From contig JAISOX010000031.1 in assembly GCA_031275325.1 (NCBI GenBank), positions 1 through 51,970 on the forward strand: DNA of 51,970 nucleotides. Reading direction: 5' to 3'. Made by a program: the position numbers and the translations under genes. Source of the stretch: Treponema sp. (lineage in GTDB: Bacteria; Spirochaetota; Spirochaetia; Treponematales; Breznakiellaceae). The notes under the pieces were generated by a model, which searched no databases, was not told where the DNA came from, and saw only the letters and a list, made by a program, of their open reading frames with translations. This document shows positions 46,769-51,970 of this stretch, piece after piece. How positions within the stretch are numbered: the stretch's first letter is position 1; every line of letters starts with the position of its first letter.

Positions 46769-46883
46769 AAAAAATAAGCCAAGTGAACAGCTTCACCCAG
46801 ACCAGGTGCATGTCATCACCTAAGCCAAGTGAAGGGCATCACCTAAGCCAGATGAAGGGCATCACCTAAGCCAGATGAAGGGC
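46769..46883 (+). repeat. 23-bp tandem repeat (3 near-identical and 2 degenerate units)
   Basis: ATCACCTAAGCCA(A/G)(G/A)TGAAGGGC occurs at 46815, 46838 and 46861. Degenerate units lie at 46769 and 46792. Confidence 0.85.
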
Positions 46884-46899
46884 TTCCCCGATTGTAGGA

Positions 46900-47898
46900 T
46901 CAGAGACCCAGCTCTCTAAACAATCTCTCCTGCAGGCCGTCGGAGAAATTCAAATCGTTGTTGGCGTACAACGGGGCAATGGCAGCCTGGAATTCCGCCA
47001 GATTTACTTCGGTAATGGTAACGCCTTGGTCTTTCATCTGCTGATAGTAGCCCGCTTCTTCGTTCGCAATTATCTGGCCGTATTTCCTGGCGGTTTCCCG
47101 GATAGTATCCAGGAAAACCTTCCTGTCCGCTTCCGGCATCTTATTGAGCAGGGCTTTGGAACACACGAAAGATGTCTGGTGCATGTAGTGTTTGGTCAAG
47201 GCCAGGTACTTGGCGATTTCGTAGATAGCCGAGCCGACCGCGGCAGCCTGAACTTCGCAGCCGTCCAAGGCGTTCTGCTGAATCGCCGAGGACACTTCGC
47301 CCCAGGATATACCGATGTTCGCAAAACCCAGATACTTGGCCAGGGCGTTGCCGATGTTGTTAGCGAAACCGCGGATCCGCAGCCCTCTAAGGTCCGCGAC
47401 TGTGCTAACCGGGGTAGTGGTGTAGAAACTGCGGAACCCATTGTACATATCCGCTATAAAGGTAATGCCCTGCTGTTCAAGCTGATTCTGCCACTCTTTG
47501 AAGATGGCCGTATCGGGCAGTTTGTCCAGAACCGCGGGATCCGTCAGCACATAGGGAGCCAGCAGGATATTGAGATCCGGAATGTTGAATTGGCTCGCCA
47601 GCCGTCCGGGATCACTGGGAACCACTAAGGGTACGCCGGTCTTCGCCTGGGTTACCAGGTCGTCGGTGTTGTTCGCCAGAGCGCCGTTCACCTGCACCAA
47701 CGCATCGAACCGCCCAGTAGCATTCAGCTTATCCGCTGCTTCCTGCATCATACGGCTTTGACCGGTAGAGACCGCTTCGGTACCCGCAAAGGTAACGATG
47801 ATTTTCGCCTCCGCCTGTCTACTACCGGCGGCACATACCATGCCGCCGGCAACAACCATAACGAGAAGGCTCAATAACAGCCTCTTGGTTGTTTTCAT
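46900..47898 (-). CDS. TRAP transporter substrate-binding protein (DctP family), orphan
   Basis: Signal peptide followed by a DctP-like body (..VTFAGTEAVSTGQSRMMQEAADKLN...LLAPYVLTD...). There are no DctQ/DctM genes in the window. Confidence 0.8.
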   Translation of the reverse strand: MKTTKRLLLSLLVMVVAGGMVCAAGSRQAEAKIIVTFAGTEAVSTGQSRMMQEAADKLNATGRFDALVQVNGALANNTDDLVTQAKTGVPLVVPSDPGRLASQFNIPDLNILLAPYVLTDPAVLDKLPDTAIFKEWQNQLEQQGITFIADMYNGFRSFYTTTPVSTVADLRGLRIRGFANNIGNALAKYLGFANIGISWGEVSSAIQQNALDGCEVQAAAVGSAIYEIAKYLALTKHYMHQTSFVCSKALLNKMPEADRKVFLDTIRETARKYGQIIANEEAGYYQQMKDQGVTITEVNLAEFQAAIAPLYANNDLNFSDGLQERLFRELGL

Positions 47899-47994
47899 AT
47901 CATTCCTCCCTCAATACATTTATATGACTTCCTTAATGAATATCATACCGGTATCCTATCATGCTTGTATACAACTTGTCAACTCTGGAGTTTC

Positions 47995-48117
47995 AAAAGC
48001 CGCGCATATCCGGCGGCGGAAGTAGCGGAATGCTGCGGCTATAATAAAAGTATTGTCGGCATCCTTCCTTCCCATTATATTCCAAGCATTTCCCCATGAA
48101 CCAAGCTCCGCAGGTCC
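47995..48117 (+). pseudogene. Relic copy of the last ~130 bp of the AraC-family gene, plus 18 bp beyond its stop
   Basis: It aligns with 43501-43650 at about 92% identity by eye (AAAAGC.GCGCATA...GGCGGAAGTAGCGGAATGCTGCGGCTATAA ... AAAAGTATTG.CGGCATCC...CCATGAACCAAGCTCCGCAGGTCC), with a 27-nt internal deletion. Confidence 0.85.
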
Positions 48118-48288
48118 CCTTGTCTACCCTGCCCCCCATCTAAAATTCATACCTAATTTTCAATACTTTATTGCTGGTGAATGGAAAAAAGGGAAATATA
48201 ATTTTTGATACGTGCCTGCGGCTTATGTATATGCAACATCGGGAAGCCGGTATGAATAAACCGCGGCGCGATTTTATTGGAGGTAGCT

Positions 48289-49920
48289 ATGAAAAGAAAA
48301 GGTATGCATTACAGAAAAAGCATTTCACCCCTTGTCCCCTTACTGTTCACCCTGCTTGTATGGTCCCCAGGATGCCAAAAAAAGGATGGCGAAAGGAAAG
48401 AAGGCGGAAGCCGCGCTTCGGGAAAAACGGTCTCCATTACCGTTGAAATCTATGACCGGGGAACCGACGGCGGTAAGTCGGATCCCACCAATAACAACTG
48501 GACCGATTGGATTAAGGCAAAAGTCCTGGAGGAGGAAAATATTGAGGTGCATTTTGTCCGGGTGAGCCGCTGGGACGAAACGTCCATCATCAATAACCTT
48601 ATGGCCGCTGGCGACGCGCCAGACCTCTGTTATACCTATAACTGGGATATGGTGAATTCCTACGGCCTTCAGGGAGGCGTATATGATTTGACTCCTTATG
48701 TAGATACCCTCTTAAAAGATTTAAAAGCATTTCTTGGCCCCGATCCCCAGATACCGGGAAAGGACTTTATCTGGCGGAGCCAAAACCAGGACAACCGCGC
48801 CCTCTACGGGATTACCAACCGGTATATGTATTCCGCTTCCTATAATGTGTTTATAAGAAAGGACTGGCTTGACAAGCTGGGTTTACCCCTGCCTACAACG
48901 GCCCAGGAATATTTTGACGCGCTCACCGCGTTTAAGGAAAAAGATCCCGGCCGCGTCGGCAAAAACCGGGGCGTTCCTTTTACGCTGACCACCGATGTAC
49001 GCTGGACCGCCGGAATCATCCTTGAGTCCTTTATCGATCCCTACCTCAGTTTCAAAGAACGGTTTATCAATACCGTGGTAGAACGGTATATGCTGGTCCC
49101 GGGCTATAAAGAAGGGATGCGCTTTTTGAATACAATGTACAACGCGGGGTTGATCGACAAAGATTTTCCCTTATACAAAGCAGAGGATATAATGAACAAT
49201 CTCATTAAAAGCGGCGTAGTCGGTTCAATCGCGGGGAATTGGGATCAGGTATACCGGGAGAATGTCCGGCTGATGACGGATTTGCAAAAAAATATACCCG
49301 GCGCCTTGTTTGTCCCGGTTGATTGTTTCCCCAGCGCTGACGGCATAACCCATAAGCGGGGCGCTCCGGTAGCCGGAGGTTTGACCTCCTTTGTCCCCAA
49401 AAACTCCAAAAATCCAGAAGCCGCCCTCCGGTACCTTAACTGGCTTGCCCGCCGGGAGAATATTTTTTTTCTCCAGTTTGGACAGGAGGGAATAAATCAT
49501 GAAATCGTTAACGGGATACCCAAGGCCATTAACGCCTCAGGCGGCTGGATAATGAACAGCGCCTCCAATGTTGACTATACGCCCTTTGTTAACGGTTACG
49601 CCATGGAAACCCCTGATTTGACCGCCCGTGTTCTTGCGGCCAGTTACCCTTCCTGGCCCGAAGCGTATATCGCCGAGGCTTACCGGATATCTTCGACCAA
49701 CGCGGAACCGGCTCCTGTTGTTCCGGTAACGCTCTACGAGGCGGGTCCCTTAACCGAAACCCTGGTCAATAAATCTACCACTGTTTATATTGAAAGCATC
49801 TGCGCCAAGCCGGAGGATTTTGACAAGGTTTGGGATGCGGGGGTACAAGACTGGCTCGTCTCCGGCGCGCAAAAAATCATTGATGAACGCAGGGCAAAAT
49901 ACATTGGGCCTGAAAACTAA
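48289..49920 (+). CDS. Extracellular solute-binding lipoprotein of a carbohydrate ABC transporter (large family-1 SBP)
   Basis: The signal peptide has the lipobox LLVWSPGC. The body is ~540 aa, as in oligosaccharide SBPs. GGAGG lies 5 nt upstream of ATG 48289. No permease genes are adjacent. Confidence 0.8.
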   Translation: MKRKGMHYRKSISPLVPLLFTLLVWSPGCQKKDGERKEGGSRASGKTVSITVEIYDRGTDGGKSDPTNNNWTDWIKAKVLEEENIEVHFVRVSRWDETSIINNLMAAGDAPDLCYTYNWDMVNSYGLQGGVYDLTPYVDTLLKDLKAFLGPDPQIPGKDFIWRSQNQDNRALYGITNRYMYSASYNVFIRKDWLDKLGLPLPTTAQEYFDALTAFKEKDPGRVGKNRGVPFTLTTDVRWTAGIILESFIDPYLSFKERFINTVVERYMLVPGYKEGMRFLNTMYNAGLIDKDFPLYKAEDIMNNLIKSGVVGSIAGNWDQVYRENVRLMTDLQKNIPGALFVPVDCFPSADGITHKRGAPVAGGLTSFVPKNSKNPEAALRYLNWLARRENIFFLQFGQEGINHEIVNGIPKAINASGGWIMNSASNVDYTPFVNGYAMETPDLTARVLAASYPSWPEAYIAEAYRISSTNAEPAPVVPVTLYEAGPLTETLVNKSTTVYIESICAKPEDFDKVWDAGVQDWLVSGAQKIIDERRAKYIGPEN

Positions 49921-49929
49921 GGAATAGGG

Positions 49930-51970
49930 ATGAACGACAAAAATGCGGCGCTTTTCAACGCGGACTGGAAATTCCTCCTGGGGGATCCGGAAAACGCCTT
50001 TCAGGAACAATATCCTGACCGGACATGGAAGCGGGTTGACCTGCCCCATGACTGGGTAATCAGCCAGCCTTTTAAGCGGGGAGAGGAAAAACCGTATACC
50101 CCTCAGAACATGCAGGGATTTTTTGCCTGGGAAGGGACCGCCTGGTACCGGAAAACATTTTTTCTGTCCGATACGGATATTGGCGGAAAGATAACGTATA
50201 TCTATTTCGGCGGGGCCTACCGGAACAGCGCCGTATATGTCAACGGAAAAAAAGCCGGAGGCCGCGCCTACGGGTACGCCAGTTTTGAATTGAACATCAC
50301 CGGCCTGGTAAAAGCCGGTGAAAACTGTATCGCGGTCCGGCTTGATAACGGCTGCGAAGACCCTGACCGCTGGTATTCCGGCTCGGGCCTGTACCGCAAT
50401 GTGTATTTACGGATCCTCCCTGCGGTACACATCAAAACCTGGGGCGTTCTTATCAAGACCAGAATAGCGCGTTCCTCAGGCCGTATTTCTTCCGCAGCAG
50501 TAACCGTGACCGTATCCCTGGTAAACCTCGGCGGCCCGGCAAAAGGCAGGGTTTGTGTACAGATTCAGGGACAGGATAATCAAAGCGCCGCTGAACTGTC
50601 TGAACCTTTCAACGCCGCCGGGGACGGGGAATACGCCGTACAACTGCGCGTGGCGGTTCAAAATCCGCTTTTATGGAGCGCTGAGGAACCGAACCTGTAC
50701 CGGGCCATAGTTCACCTGGAAGACGGTGAAGGAAAGGCCCTGGGTAAACCGGTGGAAGTCCCCTTTGGCATCCGGGCCATTGCAATTATGGCCCGTACAG
50801 GTATACAGGTGAATGATAAACCGGTAAAACTCAAAGGGGTTTGCCTTCATCATGACTGCGGGATAACCGGTTCGGCCTTTTACGAGGCCGCCTGGCGGCG
50901 GCGGCTCCTGGCCCTGAAAAGCATAGGCTGTAACGCGATTAGAACGAGCCATAACCCTCCGGCTGAGGAATTGCTTGATCTCTGCGACGAGCTGGGTTTT
51001 TATGTGATCGACGAGTGTTTTGACAAATGGAAAAGCGGTTACTACGGCGACCATTTTGATGACGACTGGCGGCGGGACCTGGGGGATTTTCTTTTGCGGG
51101 ACCGGAACCACCCCTCAGTGTTTATGTGGAGCGTCGGCAACGAGGTGGAAAACCAGGGATCCGAGGATATGCGGAACATTTTAAAAACCCTTGTCTCCTT
51201 TGTCCGTACCCTGGATGACCGCCCGGTAACCTGCGCGCTGCAACCTCATGTGCATCCCCCCGCGCTGATAGGCGCGCCCGTATCCCGGCTGGTAGAAATT
51301 ACCAAAACACTGGCGGAGGATGTGGATGTCCTGGGTCTCAACTATCACGAAGCCCTGTATCAGGACTATTCCGCCGGGATAGCTAAACCGATTGTGGGAA
51401 CCGAATGTTATGAATACTACAGCAGCACCGCATCAAACTACGAGGATGTAACTGAAAAAAATCCCTGGCGTTTTGTGCTGGAAAACGACCATGTTATCGG
51501 TCAATTTATCTGGGCGGGTATTGACTACCTGGGCGAAAGCGCCTGGCCCGCCAAGGGCTGGGCCGGGGCGATCCTCGACATCTGCGGTTTTTTAAAACCC
51601 AACGCCTTTTACCGGAAAAGTATTTGGTCGGAAGAACCGGTAGTTTTCCTCGCGTTCTACGATACGAGCCGCAAACCGGATTACGTCCGGGGGCGCTGGT
51701 CTTTCCCCAAACTTTCCGCCCACCTCAACCTTGACCACTTTAACCGTGAGACCGTCAAAGCTGCGGTATTTACTAATTGTGATGAAGCCGAGGTATGGAT
51801 CAACGGGAAAAAACTAGGCCGCAGAAGTCCCGGGGATTTTGAAAACCGCATCATCGAATGGACCTTTGAATATGCTCCGGGAGAAGTAAAAACCATCGGA
51901 TACCGGAAAGGGAAAGAAGTCTGTTCACATATACTCAGGACCGCCGGCCCTCCCCGGCGGATACTGCTGC
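49930..51970 (+). CDS. Glycoside hydrolase family 2 (beta-galactosidase/beta-glucuronidase-like), 3'-truncated by the window edge
   Basis: This ORF is not in the track because it has no stop codon. Hand translation gives MNDKNAALFNADWKFLLGD...DLPHDWVI...WYSGSGLYRNVYLRI...GCNAIRTSHNPPAEELLDLCDELGFYVIDE...NHPSVFMWSVGNE, which are GH2 sugar-binding and TIM-barrel motifs including the acid/base NE. Confidence 0.9.
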   Translation, partial: MNDKNAALFNADWKFLLGDPENAFQEQYPDRTWKRVDLPHDWVISQPFKRGEEKPYTPQNMQGFFAWEGTAWYRKTFFLSDTDIGGKITYIYFGGAYRNSAVYVNGKKAGGRAYGYASFELNITGLVKAGENCIAVRLDNGCEDPDRWYSGSGLYRNVYLRILPAVHIKTWGVLIKTRIARSSGRISSAAVTVTVSLVNLGGPAKGRVCVQIQGQDNQSAAELSEPFNAAGDGEYAVQLRVAVQNPLLWSAEEPNLYRAIVHLEDGEGKALGKPVEVPFGIRAIAIMARTGIQVNDKPVKLKGVCLHHDCGITGSAFYEAAWRRRLLALKSIGCNAIRTSHNPPAEELLDLCDELGFYVIDECFDKWKSGYYGDHFDDDWRRDLGDFLLRDRNHPSVFMWSVGNEVENQGSEDMRNILKTLVSFVRTLDDRPVTCALQPHVHPPALIGAPVSRLVEITKTLAEDVDVLGLNYHEALYQDYSAGIAKPIVGTECYEYYSSTASNYEDVTEKNPWRFVLENDHVIGQFIWAGIDYLGESAWPAKGWAGAILDICGFLKPNAFYRKSIWSEEPVVFLAFYDTSRKPDYVRGRWSFPKLSAHLNLDHFNRETVKAAVFTNCDEAEVWINGKKLGRRSPGDFENRIIEWTFEYAPGEVKTIGYRKGKEVCSHILRTAGPPRRILL

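Overview
This is a 51,970-bp chromosomal window from a diderm bacterium. The protein sequences and gene order suggest a spirochaete, possibly Treponema-like, but I cannot verify that here. All coordinates and repeat parsing were done by eye, with no searches or computed statistics.

I recognise about 40 protein genes, mostly housekeeping:
- an MCP, arfB-metK, an orphan copZ, a long U32 Fe-S protein, trxA, a PflX-like radical SAM enzyme and a DUF721 protein
- a hybrid histidine kinase, uppP, vanZ, and ald convergent with an alanine:cation symporter
- pstSCAB-phoU and recQ
- an IorA-like TPP enzyme, an SSS transporter and an MDR dehydrogenase
- a DUF3298 lipoprotein, patatin-cysE and a LacI regulator
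- the rbfA-truB-ribF-rpsO-pnp-dut-lptF/G block
- a sugar/acyl-CoA accessory patch: AraC, XRE-cupin, acyl-CoA synthetase, orphan TRAP and ABC binding proteins, and a GH2 gene that runs off the right edge

The left edge carries a decayed IS3-family element. I found no rRNA, tRNA, CRISPR/cas, prophage or recognisable defence genes.

The unusual content is non-coding. The intergenic regions hold tandem arrays with unrelated unit sequences but only two periods.
- 21 bp: 9992-10180, 13858-13899, 23687-24715, 34381-34569, 42327-42641
- 23 bp: 868-913, 29856-29993, 46769-46883

There are also two dispersed palindrome families and a composite intergenic element present at two loci. The standout is a 1,029-bp array of 49 units with no indels upstream of recQ. 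Its substitutions fall mainly on codon-wobble-like positions, although neither stop-free frame contains a start codon. A 124-bp duplicate of the AraC gene tail marks a 4.3-kb insertion or rearrangement.
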